Source: Chloroflexota bacterium
Lineage (GTDB): Bacteria > Chloroflexota > Limnocylindria > QHBO01
Assembly: GCA_024636135.1 (NCBI GenBank)
Contig: JAGXHP010000046.1
Location: 1 to 43,980 of the forward strand
Length of the DNA: 43,980 nucleotides
Direction: 5' to 3'
Of the stretch, positions 16,961-26,970 are shown one piece after another. Both the position numbers and the translations under genes were made by a program. Below the pieces are notes generated by a model. The model made no database searches and was not told the DNA's origin. It saw only the letters and a program-made list of their open reading frames with translations. The first letter of the stretch is position 1. Every line of letters starts with the position of its first letter.

Positions 16961-19570
16961 TCAGCTTCGGTCGCCGGCCTTGGCCATGTGTCGCTCCATC
17001 GCCGCGCGGCGGCTCAGGTTGACGCGACCCATGCGGTCGATCTCGGTCACGATCACCATCAGCTCGTCGCCGATGCTGACCACGTCCTCGACGCGCGGCA
17101 CCCGATAGTCGGCAAGCTGGCTGATGTGGACCAGCCCCTCCTTGCCGGGCAGGATCTCGACGAATGCCCCGAAGTTCATGATCCGGGTCACCTTGCCGAG
17201 GTACTCCTTGCCGACCTCGACGTCCTTCGTCAGGCCCTCGATCCACGCGATCGCCTTCTTGGCGGCCTCGCCGTCGGTTGCGGCGATCTGGATCGTGCCG
17301 TCGTCCTCGACGTTGATCTGCGTCCCGGTCTCGGCGGTGATCTGGCGGATCACCTTGCCACCGGCGCCGATGACGTCGCGGATCTTGTCGACGGGGATCT
17401 TCAGGGTCGTGATGCGCGGGGCGTACTGGCTCAGCTCCTCACGGCTGGCGCCGATGACCTCGGTCATCTTGCCGAGGATGTGGAGCCGTGCCGTCCGAGC
17501 CTGCTCGAGCGCGTCGCGCATGATCTCGGTCGTGATGCCGGCGACCTTGATGTCCATCTGCAGCGCGGTCACGCCTTCGGCGGTCCCGGTCACCTTGAAG
17601 TCCATGTCCCCGTAGGCATCTTCCTTGCCGGTGATGTCGGTCAGAACGGCGTAGCGGCCGGTCTCCTTGTCGTTGATCAGGCCCATGGCCGCGCCGGCCA
17701 CCGGTGCCTTGATCGGGACACCGGCATCCATGAGCGCCAGGGTCGAGCCGCAGGTCGATGCCATCGAGGTCGAGCCGTTCGAGCTCACGCACTCGCTCAC
17801 GACGCGGATCACGTACGGGAACTCGCTGACGTCCGGCAGCACCGGCACCAGGGCCCGCTCGGCGAGCGCACCGTGGCCGATCTCGCGGCGGCCGGGACCG
17901 CGCATGAAGCGCGCCTCGCCAACGGAGTACGGCGGCATGTTGTAGTGGTGCATGTAGCGCTTCTCGGTCTCCGGAGAGATCGTGTCCATGCGCTGCACGT
18001 CACTGCTCGGCCCCAGCGTGGCGATCGAGAGCGCCTGCGTCTGGCCGCGCGTGAAGAGGCCCGAGCCGTGGGTTCGCGGCAGGACGCCGACCTCGACGCT
18101 GATCGGCCGGATGGTCGTCGTATCGCGGCCGTCGATCCGGACGTTCTCGTTCAGGACGAGCTCACGCACGGTCGCCTTGGTCAAGGTGTCCATGAGGGAC
18201 GAGCCGATGCCGTGGCGTCGGCGGATGTCCTCGAGACGGTCGCCCTGCTCGGCGCGGTCGTAGTTCTCGCGCGCCCGGCGAACCTCGTCGGCGATGTCCT
18301 GGCGCAGTGCGTCCAGCCGCTCGGACAGCCCGCTGGTGAAGTGAAGGAACAGCTCGGCTGTGGCCTCCGCGTCGGGCATGGCGCGATGGGCGGTCGCATG
18401 GTCGCGGCCGAACACGAATCGGACGAGATCGGCAAGCTTGTAGCCGCCGGCATCGGGGTAGAGCTGGTACCCGAGCTGCAGCGTGTCGTACACGGCGGTC
18501 GGCTGCCAGGCCTTGTCGTTCGGGAGGTGACGGAGGACGAACGGGACGTCGAACGACGAGTTGTGTGCGACGACGGGCGTATCCCCGACCCAATCGACGA
18601 AGTTCGACAGGGCCTCGGCGGCCGTCGGTGCGTTGGCCACATCATCGGTCGTGATGCCGTGCACCTGGTGGCCGACGATCGGCCGGCCCGGGTTCACGAG
18701 CGACTCGAATCGGTCGACGATCTGGCCGTCACGGAGCCGCAGGGCGGCGACGTCCACGATGTAGCCGTGCTCGGGCTTCATGGCCGTCGTCTCGAGGTCG
18801 AAGACCACAAACTCATTGCGTGAGGCCGCCAGCTCGTTGCCGAGCTGGACGACGGACGGGGCCTTGGGTCCGACGAACGGCACCTTCTTCGGGCTGCCGG
18901 CGGATGCGACCAGCTTGTCCTGCAGGTCGATCGACTTCTGGAGCTCGCTGTGACCGTAGGCGATCGCATCGGCCATGACGGATTCGGGCAGGATGTTCGC
19001 TCCGGCCTCGACCATCATCACGGCGTCGCGGGTGCCGGCGACCACGAGATCCAGCTCGCTCTCCGCGAGCTCGGAGTTCGTGGGATTGGTGACGAACTCG
19101 CCGCCGATGCGACCGACGCGCACCGCACCGACCGGACCCATGAACGGGATGTGGCTGATGCTGAGCGCCGCGGACGCCCCGTTGAGCGCCAGGATGTCCG
19201 GGTCGTTCTCCTGGTCGGTCGACAGGACCGTCAGGACGACCTGGACGTCGTTGAAGTAGCCCTTCGGGAAGAGTGGGCGCAGCGGACGGTCGGTGAGGCG
19301 CATGGCCAGGATGGCCGCCTCCGACGGGCGTGATTCGCGCTTGATGAAGCCGCCGGGAATCTTGCCCGCGGCGTACATCCGCTCCTCGTAGTCGACGGTG
19401 AGCGGGAAGAAGTCGGCCCCTTCGCGGGGCTCCTTGGATGCGACCGCGGTCGCGAGAACAACGGAGTCACCGTATCGGACGATGACCGCGCCATCTGCCT
19501 GCTCGGCGAGCTTGCCGGCCTCCATGCTGAAGACCTTGCCGCCGATTTCGGCTTCGTGCTTGATTGCCAC
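16961..19570 (-). CDS. pnp: Polyribonucleotide nucleotidyltransferase (PNPase) with an inserted DEDDh exonuclease domain, 869 aa
   Basis: - PH1: [31 protein letters not shown]...DRPLRPLFP.
- PH2: [14 protein letters not shown]...[14 protein letters not shown]...[26 protein letters not shown]...[10 protein letters not shown].
- KH: [12 protein letters not shown].
- S1: [29 protein letters not shown].
- GTG start preceded by GGAGGAA (19574-19580).
- About 160-170 aa longer than ordinary PNPases. Confidence 0.92.
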   Translation of the reverse strand: MAIKHEAEIGGKVFSMEAGKLAEQADGAVIVRYGDSVVLATAVASKEPREGADFFPLTVDYEERMYAAGKIPGGFIKRESRPSEAAILAMRLTDRPLRPLFPKGYFNDVQVVLTVLSTDQENDPDILALNGASAALSISHIPFMGPVGAVRVGRIGGEFVTNPTNSELAESELDLVVAGTRDAVMMVEAGANILPESVMADAIAYGHSELQKSIDLQDKLVASAGSPKKVPFVGPKAPSVVQLGNELAASRNEFVVFDLETTAMKPEHGYIVDVAALRLRDGQIVDRFESLVNPGRPIVGHQVHGITTDDVANAPTAAEALSNFVDWVGDTPVVAHNSSFDVPFVLRHLPNDKAWQPTAVYDTLQLGYQLYPDAGGYKLADLVRFVFGRDHATAHRAMPDAEATAELFLHFTSGLSERLDALRQDIADEVRRARENYDRAEQGDRLEDIRRRHGIGSSLMDTLTKATVRELVLNENVRIDGRDTTTIRPISVEVGVLPRTHGSGLFTRGQTQALSIATLGPSSDVQRMDTISPETEKRYMHHYNMPPYSVGEARFMRGPGRREIGHGALAERALVPVLPDVSEFPYVIRVVSECVSSNGSTSMASTCGSTLALMDAGVPIKAPVAGAAMGLINDKETGRYAVLTDITGKEDAYGDMDFKVTGTAEGVTALQMDIKVAGITTEIMRDALEQARTARLHILGKMTEVIGASREELSQYAPRITTLKIPVDKIRDVIGAGGKVIRQITAETGTQINVEDDGTIQIAATDGEAAKKAIAWIEGLTKDVEVGKEYLGKVTRIMNFGAFVEILPGKEGLVHISQLADYRVPRVEDVVSIGDELMVIVTEIDRMGRVNLSRRAAMERHMAKAGDRS
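18335..18817 (-). other. DEDDh (DnaQ / RNase T-like) 3'-5' exonuclease domain embedded in PNPase (aa about 252-412)
   Basis: Three motifs occur in the canonical order and spacing. ExoI is FVVFDLETT (D258/E260, nt 18791-18799). ExoII is [13 protein letters not shown] (D341, nt 18548-18550). ExoIII is [17 protein letters not shown] (H395/D400, nt 18371-18388). Confidence 0.75.
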
Positions 19571-19619
19571 TGATTCCTCCAGAGATGTTGTGATGACATC
19601 CCACGCTCGATTCCCGTGG

Positions 19620-19636
19620 CGCGCTCGGTGAGCGCG
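19620..19636 (-). promoter_or_regulatory. GC-rich hairpin (7-bp stem CGCGCTC/GAGCGCG, 3-nt loop) in the pnp 5' leader
   Basis: Read directly from the sequence. It lies 50-66 nt upstream of the pnp GTG. Confidence 0.35.
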
Positions 19637-19681
19637 GCGTCAGGCGGGGGTGGGTGCCAGGTGAGTGCGTGCGATGTGCGA

Positions 19682-19709
19682 AACCCAGGTCCGACCCGGT
19701 TCCTGGGTT
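19682..19709 (-). terminator. Hairpin AACCCAGG-12nt-CCTGGGTT followed by UUU, just downstream of rpsO. Candidate partial terminator or processing site between rpsO and pnp.
   Basis: Read directly from the sequence: an 8-bp stem 15 nt after the rpsO stop. The U-tract is short, so termination would be leaky at best. Confidence 0.4.
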
Positions 19710-19724
19710 GATCGCGAAATGGTG

Positions 19725-19994
19725 TTAGCGGCGGAGCCCCAGGCTGCCGATGACGGTGCGGTACCGGTCCACGTCGTTGCGAACGAGGTACGCCAGCAGC
19801 CGCCGGCGCTGCCCGACGAGCTTCAGAAGCCCGCGGCGCGAGTGATTGTCCTTGGGGTAGCTGCGCAGGTGATCAGTCAGCGACTTGATCCGCTCGGTGA
19901 GAAGCGCAATCTGCACCTCGGGCGACCCGGTGTCTCCCTCGTGCGTGGCATACCCGTCGACGATTGCGCTTTTCGCGTCCTTGGCGAGCGGCAC
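19725..19994 (-). CDS. rpsO: 30S ribosomal protein S15 (89 aa)
   Basis: Contains ...[23 protein letters not shown]....[23 protein letters not shown]......RY..VI..LGLRR. The start is refined to GTG 19994. This gives the canonical 89 aa, with DTGS at the same position as in E. coli S15, and is preceded by GGAGGAA with a 5-nt spacer. The track start (20024) would lie 3 nt from a -10-like box. Confidence 0.9.
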   Translation of the reverse strand: MPLAKDAKSAIVDGYATHEGDTGSPEVQIALLTERIKSLTDHLRSYPKDNHSRRGLLKLVGQRRRLLAYLVRNDVDRYRTVIGSLGLRR

Positions 19995-20027
19995 GTATTC
20001 CTCCACATTCGTTTCCGTAACCATCGG

Positions 20028-20056
20028 AGTCTACCAGAGGGTCGAGCGCGTCGCCA
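20028..20056 (-). promoter_or_regulatory. Candidate rpsO promoter: TGGCGA (-35, 20051-20056), 17 nt spacer, TAGACT (-10, 20028-20033)
   Basis: Read directly from the sequence. The -35 box is weak (3/6) and the -10 box is 4/6. It lies between the ribF stop and rpsO. Confidence 0.3.
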
Positions 20057-20064
20057 CGCCGCGG

Positions 20065-20991
20065 TCAGCCGATCCGCGCCCGGGCGTCCGCCTCGTCCAT
20101 TCGCATCTGGGTCACGAGCGCGTCGGCGCTCTCGAAGCGGCGCTCGGGCCGCAGGCGCTCCTCGATCTCGACGTCGAGCACGGCATCGTACAGGTCGCCG
20201 TCCCAGTCGAGGAGGTAGACCTCCACCAGGACGCGGCCGTCGTCGTGGAAGGTGGGTCGCACCCCGACGCTGACGAGAGCCGGATGGCCCGGCCCGACGC
20301 CCCGATCCGGGACATGAACCCGCCCGAGGTAGATGCCGAGCGCCGGCAGTGCCGGCCGATAGGCGAAGGCGAGGTTCGCCGTCGGGAATCCCAGCTCGCG
20401 GCCCCGCTCATCGCCGTGGACGACGGTGCCGCGCAGGAGCGGCTGTCTGCCGAGCAGCGAGCTTGCCTCCCCCATGTCTCCGGACGCCAGGGCGGATCGA
20501 ATTCGCGTGGACGACACGGGGGATCCGTTGAGTACTAACGGTCCGACCGCGATGCACTCCCACCCGTTGACGGCACCGATCTCGGAGATGCGGTCGAGCG
20601 TTCCGGCGCGCGCCCGACCGAAGGCGCTGTCGGGGGTCATCGTGATGCCGCGCAGCTCGATGGCCGGTCCGAGCGCCGCAAGAAATGCCTCTGGATCAAG
20701 CGCACGCACTGCGTCGTCGAATCGCAGCTCCACGACGTGGTCTGCGTGAGCCGCGAGCCGCTCCAGGGTGACCTCGGGGGGAAGCAGTCGCTCGACGACC
20801 ACTCCCGGCCGGATCACCTCGTCCGGGTGCGGTGCGAAGACGAGCGCCACGCTGGAGGCTCCCCGATCCCGCGCCGCGACCGCGGTGGCGGCCAGCACAT
20901 GCCGGTGGCCGAGATGCACGCCATCGAAGACCCCCAGCGTGATCACCGCCGGCCCGATCGCCGGGAGGCCTGTCACTTCCACCGCGCTCAC
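20065..20991 (-). CDS. ribF: Bifunctional riboflavin kinase / FAD synthetase
   Basis: Contains VITLGVFDGVHLGHRHVL in the FMN adenylyltransferase N-terminus and G.VVHGDERGRELGFPTANL...GIY...RPTF in the riboflavin kinase C-terminus. The GTG start overlaps the truB stop. Confidence 0.9.
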   Translation of the reverse strand: MSAVEVTGLPAIGPAVITLGVFDGVHLGHRHVLAATAVAARDRGASSVALVFAPHPDEVIRPGVVVERLLPPEVTLERLAAHADHVVELRFDDAVRALDPEAFLAALGPAIELRGITMTPDSAFGRARAGTLDRISEIGAVNGWECIAVGPLVLNGSPVSSTRIRSALASGDMGEASSLLGRQPLLRGTVVHGDERGRELGFPTANLAFAYRPALPALGIYLGRVHVPDRGVGPGHPALVSVGVRPTFHDDGRVLVEVYLLDWDGDLYDAVLDVEIEERLRPERRFESADALVTQMRMDEADARARIG

Positions 20992-21872
20992 GGGGCACCG
21001 ATCGTGGGCAGGACCTTCTCGGGTTGCAGGATGCCGTCCGTGATCGATCCCACGCCGATCACCTCACCGTCGACGAACACGGCCACCCGCCCGTCTCCGC
21101 CGGCCACGGCCCGGGCCGATCCGTGCCGGAAGGCGTCAGCCGCCTCGTCCCGGAGCACGACGCGGCGGAGCGGCAGGAGGTCACCGACGGACAGCACGGC
21201 CTCGGACAGGCGACCCTCGGATGCGAGGGTCTCGAGCATGTCGGGCGTGACGGCCTGATCCACCCTGAGGCCCGCGGCCTCGGTGCGGCGGAGTGCGCTG
21301 AGGTATCCCCCGCATCCCAAACGTTCGCCGAGGTCACGGGCGACAGAGCGCACGTAGGTGCCGGCCGCGCACTGCAGGTCGATTCGGACGTCGACGACGT
21401 CGGTGCCGCGCTCGATCGCAATCAGGTCGATGGCGCGGATCGTCACGGATCGTGCCGGGACGACGATCGGGTCGCCCGATCGGGCCGCGCGATGGGCGGT
21501 CCGGCCACCGAACTTCCGAGCGCTGAAGCTGGGCGGCTGCTGATCGAATGTCCCGACGAACTCGGCGAGCACAGACCGCACGTCATCGTCTTCCGGCATC
21601 GGGCCACTCCCCGGCTCGATCGGGCCCTCGGCATCGTCGGTCGCGCTCCGCGCCCCGAGGCGGATCACCGCGTCGTAGCGTTTGCGCCCGCCGGTGAGCT
21701 CCTCGCTGAACCGCGTCGCCGCGCCGACCAGGATCGGGAGGACGCCGGACGCCAGAGGATCGAGCGTGCCCGCATGTCCGATGCGGCGGGTCCCGCTCAG
21801 CCGTCGCAGCATGCCCACCATGTCGTGGCTCGTCGGCCCGACCGGCTTGTCGAGGTTAACGACCCCGAGCAT
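20988..21872 (-). CDS. truB: tRNA pseudouridine(55) synthase
   Basis: Contains GVVNLDKPVGPTSHDMV...LRR....RRIGHAGTLDPLASGVLPILVG, which includes the catalytic Asp motif. The start is set at ATG 21872 (MLGVVNL) and overlaps the upstream gene by 17 nt. Confidence 0.9.
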   Translation of the reverse strand: MLGVVNLDKPVGPTSHDMVGMLRRLSGTRRIGHAGTLDPLASGVLPILVGAATRFSEELTGGRKRYDAVIRLGARSATDDAEGPIEPGSGPMPEDDDVRSVLAEFVGTFDQQPPSFSARKFGGRTAHRAARSGDPIVVPARSVTIRAIDLIAIERGTDVVDVRIDLQCAAGTYVRSVARDLGERLGCGGYLSALRRTEAAGLRVDQAVTPDMLETLASEGRLSEAVLSVGDLLPLRRVVLRDEAADAFRHGSARAVAGGDGRVAVFVDGEVIGVGSITDGILQPEKVLPTIGAP

Positions 21873-22839
21873 CGGCTCGATCGAGCTCACGCTCGCACTC
21901 GGCCAGCAGCAGCGTCGTCGCCTCGTCGAGCGGGGCATCGATCGAGCACCCGGCCGCCCGTGCGTGGCCGCCGCCTCCGAACGCCCCGGTGATCGCCACC
22001 GCGTCCGCTCGGGCCGACGTGCGGACGCTGGCGCGGGTGTGCGTGGCGTCCACCTCCTTGAGCAGCACGGTGATGTCCGCGACCTTGGTCGTGGCCAGCA
22101 GGTCGATGAACCCCTCGGATGCCACCGCCTCGGTGCCGGTCTCGGCGAGCATGGCGTTCGTCATCGCCGCATACACCAGGCGGCCGTCGCGTCGCTGATC
22201 CATGCCGGCCATGATGCGACCCCAGAGGGCAAGGGTTCCGAATGGCTTGTCGGCGTAGATCGAGCGATGGATGGCGGCCAACGGCGCGCCGGCCGCGACG
22301 AGGTCCGCCCCGACTCGGAGCGTCCTCGGGGTCGCGTTCGGATGCGAGAAGGTGTGAGTGTCCTGCACGATGCCGGCAGTCAGCAGGGTGGCAATCGGGA
22401 CGTCCAGCTCGACCCCCAGGTCGGGGATGAGCAGTGCCATCATCTCGCAGGTCGCCGCCGCGTCGGCGTCGATCCAGGAAGCCACCGCACCGGCTCCGTC
22501 GTTCGACACGTGATGGTCGACGTTCACGATGCGAGCGCGTACCAGCCACTCGGCTGCCTCGGTGACGACCGAGCCCGTCCGGGACAAGGGGCCATCGAGC
22601 ACGACGGCGAGGTCCGGCTCGAGCTGGGGACGGGTTCGCACGGCCAACGCGCCGGGAAGCTCAACCAGGCTGGGCGGCACCGGATCGGCGGCGACCACCT
22701 CACCTTGCTTGCCGAGCTTCTCGACCGCCATGCACAGGGCCAGCGCCGAGCCGAGAGTGTCGGCGTCCGGATTCTCGTGGCAGATCGCGGTCACGCGGTC
22801 GGCGGCAAGGATGGCTTCCACAACGTCGGCGCGGCTCAA
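21856..22839 (-). CDS. nrnA: DHH/DHHA1 family phosphoesterase (NrnA-like oligoribonuclease / pAp or cyclic-dinucleotide phosphodiesterase)
   Basis: Contains ICHENPDADTLGSALAL, VNVDHH, DT..F....T and GGGGHARAAG (DHHA1). It sits between rbfA and truB, as in many Actinomycetota. The TTG start overlaps the rbfA stop (TTGA). Confidence 0.8.
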   Translation of the reverse strand: MSRADVVEAILAADRVTAICHENPDADTLGSALALCMAVEKLGKQGEVVAADPVPPSLVELPGALAVRTRPQLEPDLAVVLDGPLSRTGSVVTEAAEWLVRARIVNVDHHVSNDGAGAVASWIDADAAATCEMMALLIPDLGVELDVPIATLLTAGIVQDTHTFSHPNATPRTLRVGADLVAAGAPLAAIHRSIYADKPFGTLALWGRIMAGMDQRRDGRLVYAAMTNAMLAETGTEAVASEGFIDLLATTKVADITVLLKEVDATHTRASVRTSARADAVAITGAFGGGGHARAAGCSIDAPLDEATTLLLAECERELDRADARGR

Positions 22840-23183
22840 TCCTGATCCTCCTCGATCTCGCGCAGCAGGCGCAGCACCCGATCCCCTGCCTCGATCGAGT
22901 CGTCATGCTTGATGATCAGCTGCGGGATGTGCCGCAGCGTCAGGCGACTCCCGAGCTGGCGGCGCATCCACGGCGCGGCATCCCCGAGCGCCTTCATCGT
23001 CTGCTCTCGCTCGTCATCGGTTCCCATGATGCTGACCCACACCTTGGCCGAGCCGAGATCACGCGCCGTTTCGACGCGCGTGATGGTCGCGAACCCGATG
23101 CGCGGGTCCTTCATCTCGCGATGCATCAGCTCGGCGAGCTCGGCCCGGATCTGGCTGTCGAGCCGATCCGTTCGCTGGCTCAT
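22836..23183 (-). CDS. rbfA: Ribosome-binding factor A
   Basis: Contains R..R....IR.ELAEL...EMKDPRIGF.TIT.VE...DL..AKVWVS. Length (115 aa) and position after infB fit rbfA. Confidence 0.9.
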   Translation of the reverse strand: MSQRTDRLDSQIRAELAELMHREMKDPRIGFATITRVETARDLGSAKVWVSIMGTDDEREQTMKALGDAAPWMRRQLGSRLTLRHIPQLIIKHDDSIEAGDRVLRLLREIEEDQD

Positions 23184-23186
23184 CGG

Positions 23187-25080
<1,894 letters not shown>

Positions 25081-25094
<14 letters not shown>

Positions 25095-25356
25095 GTGGTG
25101 CTCCCTTGATGTCGAGCGTTTCGGGTGATGGCTCGGTCCCGAGCGCTCGCTTCACGGCGGCCGCGCTGCGCTCGATGTCGCGGCAGGCCGGGTCCTGGCA
25201 GATGTAGGTTCCGCGACCGGGCACGCGGCCCGTTTCGTCGCGATGGATGGATCCGTCGGGGGCGCGCACGATGCGCGTCATGTCGCGCTTCGGGTGCGAC
25301 TGGCGGCAGACGGCGCACGTCCTCGTCGGGACGTGATCAGGTCGCCGCTTCGGCAT
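25081..25356 (-). CDS. ylxR: YlxR/DUF448 family RNA-binding protein (91 aa)
   Basis: Contains PTRTCAVCRQSHPKRDMTRIVRAPDGSIHRDETGRVPGRGTYICQDPAC, the YlxR pattern, between nusA and infB. The start is set at ATG 25356. It overlaps nusA by 20 nt and infB by 14 nt. Confidence 0.85.
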
Positions 25357-26482
25357 CGACGGCTGCCTCCTCGTGGGCTTCGGCCTGGTGCTCGGGCTCG
25401 CCGTCAGGGTGCTCGCCGCCGGCTGCGGCGGTCGCGACGCCGGCATCTGAGCGGATGTCGATGCGCCAGCTCGTCAGCTTTGCCGCCAGACGGGCGTTCT
25501 GGCCCTCCTTGCCGATGGCCAGGCTGAGCTGTCGCTCGGGCACGATGACGTTCGCGATCTTGTGCTCTTCATCCACCCGTACGCTCAGCACCTCGGCCGG
25601 GCTGAGCGCCTCGGCCACGAAGCGGCCCGGGTCCTCGTCCCACAGGACGATGTCCACCTTCTCGCCATTGAGCTCGGCCACGATCGACTGGATCCGGGCG
25701 CCACGCTGTCCGACGGCCGCGCCCTTGGCGTCGACGCCCTGCTGGCGGCTCTCGACGGCCACCTTCGAGCGGCTGCCGGCCTCGCGGGCGATCCCGCGAA
25801 TCACGACGGTGCCGTTGTAGATCTCCGGGATCTCCATCTCCATCAGGCGACGCAGGAAGCCGCGGTGGGTGCGGCTGGCGACGATGACGGGACCCCGGGT
25901 CGTGCGGCGCACCTCCATGACGTAGACCTTGAGGTGCTGGCCGATGCGGTACGTCTCGTTCGGGAGCTGCTCCGTGACGGCCAGGACCGCCTCGACGTCC
26001 TTGCCCATGTCGAGCACGACGGCCGATTCGGTCGTGCGCTGCACGGTGCCGGTCATGATCTCGCCCTCGCGGGACGCGTACTGCTGGAAGACGACGTCAC
26101 GCTGTGCCTCGCGCAATCGCTGCCGATACACCTGGCCGGCCGTCTGGGCCGCGATCCGACCGAGTTGGGCCTGGGTAACGTTCTCCGGGATGCGAACCTT
26201 GGCGCCAACGCCGGTCGCCGGGTCGATCTTCTGCGCGTCGGCGACGAACATCTGGGCCTCGGGGTCCTCCACCTCTTCAATGGTGGCCATGACCTCGTAT
26301 TCGCGCGCGACGCTGATCTCGCCTGTCTCCGGGTTCACGGTCACGACGACGTTCTCCGGCGCATCGGCATTGCGGCGATACGCCGATTCGATCGCCTGCT
26401 CCAGGGTCCGGATCAGGATCTCCTGCGGCACACCCTTCTCGGCGTTCAGCTGGAGCAGTGCTCCGATGAAGTCTCGATTCAT
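25337..26482 (-). CDS. nusA: Transcription termination/antitermination factor NusA (381 aa)
   Basis: Contains MNRDFIGALLQLNAEKGVPQE.L...LE.A...AY, S1 and 2xKH segments (RTHRGFLRRLME.EIPEI..G.V.I.GIAREAG.RSKVAV...GVDA.GA.VG.RGARIQ.IV.EL.GEK.DIV.W). ATG 26482 is preceded by GAGGAG. The track extension to 26638 is rejected. Confidence 0.95.
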   Translation of the reverse strand: MNRDFIGALLQLNAEKGVPQEILIRTLEQAIESAYRRNADAPENVVVTVNPETGEISVAREYEVMATIEEVEDPEAQMFVADAQKIDPATGVGAKVRIPENVTQAQLGRIAAQTAGQVYRQRLREAQRDVVFQQYASREGEIMTGTVQRTTESAVVLDMGKDVEAVLAVTEQLPNETYRIGQHLKVYVMEVRRTTRGPVIVASRTHRGFLRRLMEMEIPEIYNGTVVIRGIAREAGSRSKVAVESRQQGVDAKGAAVGQRGARIQSIVAELNGEKVDIVLWDEDPGRFVAEALSPAEVLSVRVDEEHKIANVIVPERQLSLAIGKEGQNARLAAKLTSWRIDIRSDAGVATAAAGGEHPDGEPEHQAEAHEEAAVDAEAAT

Positions 26483-26526
26483 GGCCACTCCTCGTTCCGC
26501 GATCGCCGGACCCATCTCGGCCGGGG

Positions 26527-26563
26527 ACAAACAAAGACGTGGGATGGCGAACCGACCCACGTC
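26527..26563 (-). terminator. Intrinsic-terminator-like hairpin in the nusA leader: GACGUGGG-12nt-CCCACGUC followed by UUUGUUUGU. Candidate attenuator, and/or the ancestral rseP terminator.
   Basis: Read directly from the sequence: an 8-bp GC-rich stem plus a U-rich tail ending 45 nt upstream of the nusA ATG. A -10-like TATACT lies at 26620-26625. Confidence 0.5.
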
Positions 26564-26662
26564 CTCGTTACTTAGTTCAATATGTGTGGTTCGTCGATTG
26601 GTCGGTCGAACCGTCCCGGAGTATACCCGATGGCCCATTCCCCCGCATGCGCAGGGCCAGGC

Positions 26663-26705
26663 TCAGCCGCCCGTCACCAGGCGTTGGATGTCCTGGATGC
26701 TGATC
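26663..26705 (-). pseudogene. Orphan copy of the last 14 codons plus stop of rseP (ISIQDIQRLVTGG*). It forms a direct repeat with 28728-28770.
   Basis: 39 of 43 nt are identical to the authentic rseP 3' end, in the same orientation. Homology starts at the stop codon and ends at the same internal point. An in-frame TAG lies 2 codons upstream, so it is not part of a longer ORF. Confidence 0.7.
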
Positions 26706-26970
26706 CGTCCCTACCGTGCTCAGAATCTCGCTTCGTGCTCGGTCGGGGTCCGTAGGAGTCCTCCGAATGCCACCGATATCCGCCCCGTTGTGGGTGCGGG
26801 TGTGGGTACGGCGCGCCCTTGTTTCAGGCGGCAGCCCTTCGACTGAGCAGTCCGTAGTCCCGGTTCAGGCGACGCTTTGATGAAGACTGCAGTCTGCGGG
26901 CTGCCCCGCCAGGCCGGCGCCAACGATCGGGTAAGGTACCGGGACCCGTATCCGCTCGTGAAGATTGCCA

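Noticed and set aside
16643-18823. 726-aa plus-strand ORF. Similar long ORFs occur at 5890-7671(+), 28695-30110(+), 34526-35626(+), 41908-43050(+), 12524-13912(+), 23767-24639(+) and 27643-28593(-).
   Set aside because: All lie antisense to genes with strong family signatures. They have Arg/Gly/Asp/His-rich, low-information composition typical of stop-poor antisense frames in GC-rich DNA, and they carry no recognisable motifs.
16961-19570. The pnp insertion could be an intein, an IS element or a gene fusion artefact.
   Set aside because: - There are no intein splice-junction motifs (no Cys/Ser/Thr ... HN-Cys/Ser boundaries) and no homing-endonuclease blocks.
- There are no terminal inverted repeats and no transposase.
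- PNPase sequence resumes in frame on both sides within the same linker domain.
- Assembly chimerism cannot be excluded without reads.
19995-20024. Ten extra N-terminal codons of rpsO ([10 protein letters not shown]) in the track ORF.
   Set aside because: - GTG 19994 gives the canonical 89-aa S15 with DTGS aligned to E. coli.
- The extra codons contain the SD (GGAGGAA) for that GTG.
- The ATG at 20024 sits only 3 nt from a -10-like box.
26706-26964. Possible riboswitch or ncRNA upstream of the metallophosphoesterase gene. Candidates considered were ydaO/c-di-AMP, c-di-GMP and SRP RNA.
   Set aside because: I could not find the conserved cores I remember for these families (for example GGGGACCCA / ACGGGGUGAAUCC for ydaO, or the GGAAG-containing SRP domain IV). 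The region is left unassigned; cmscan would be needed.
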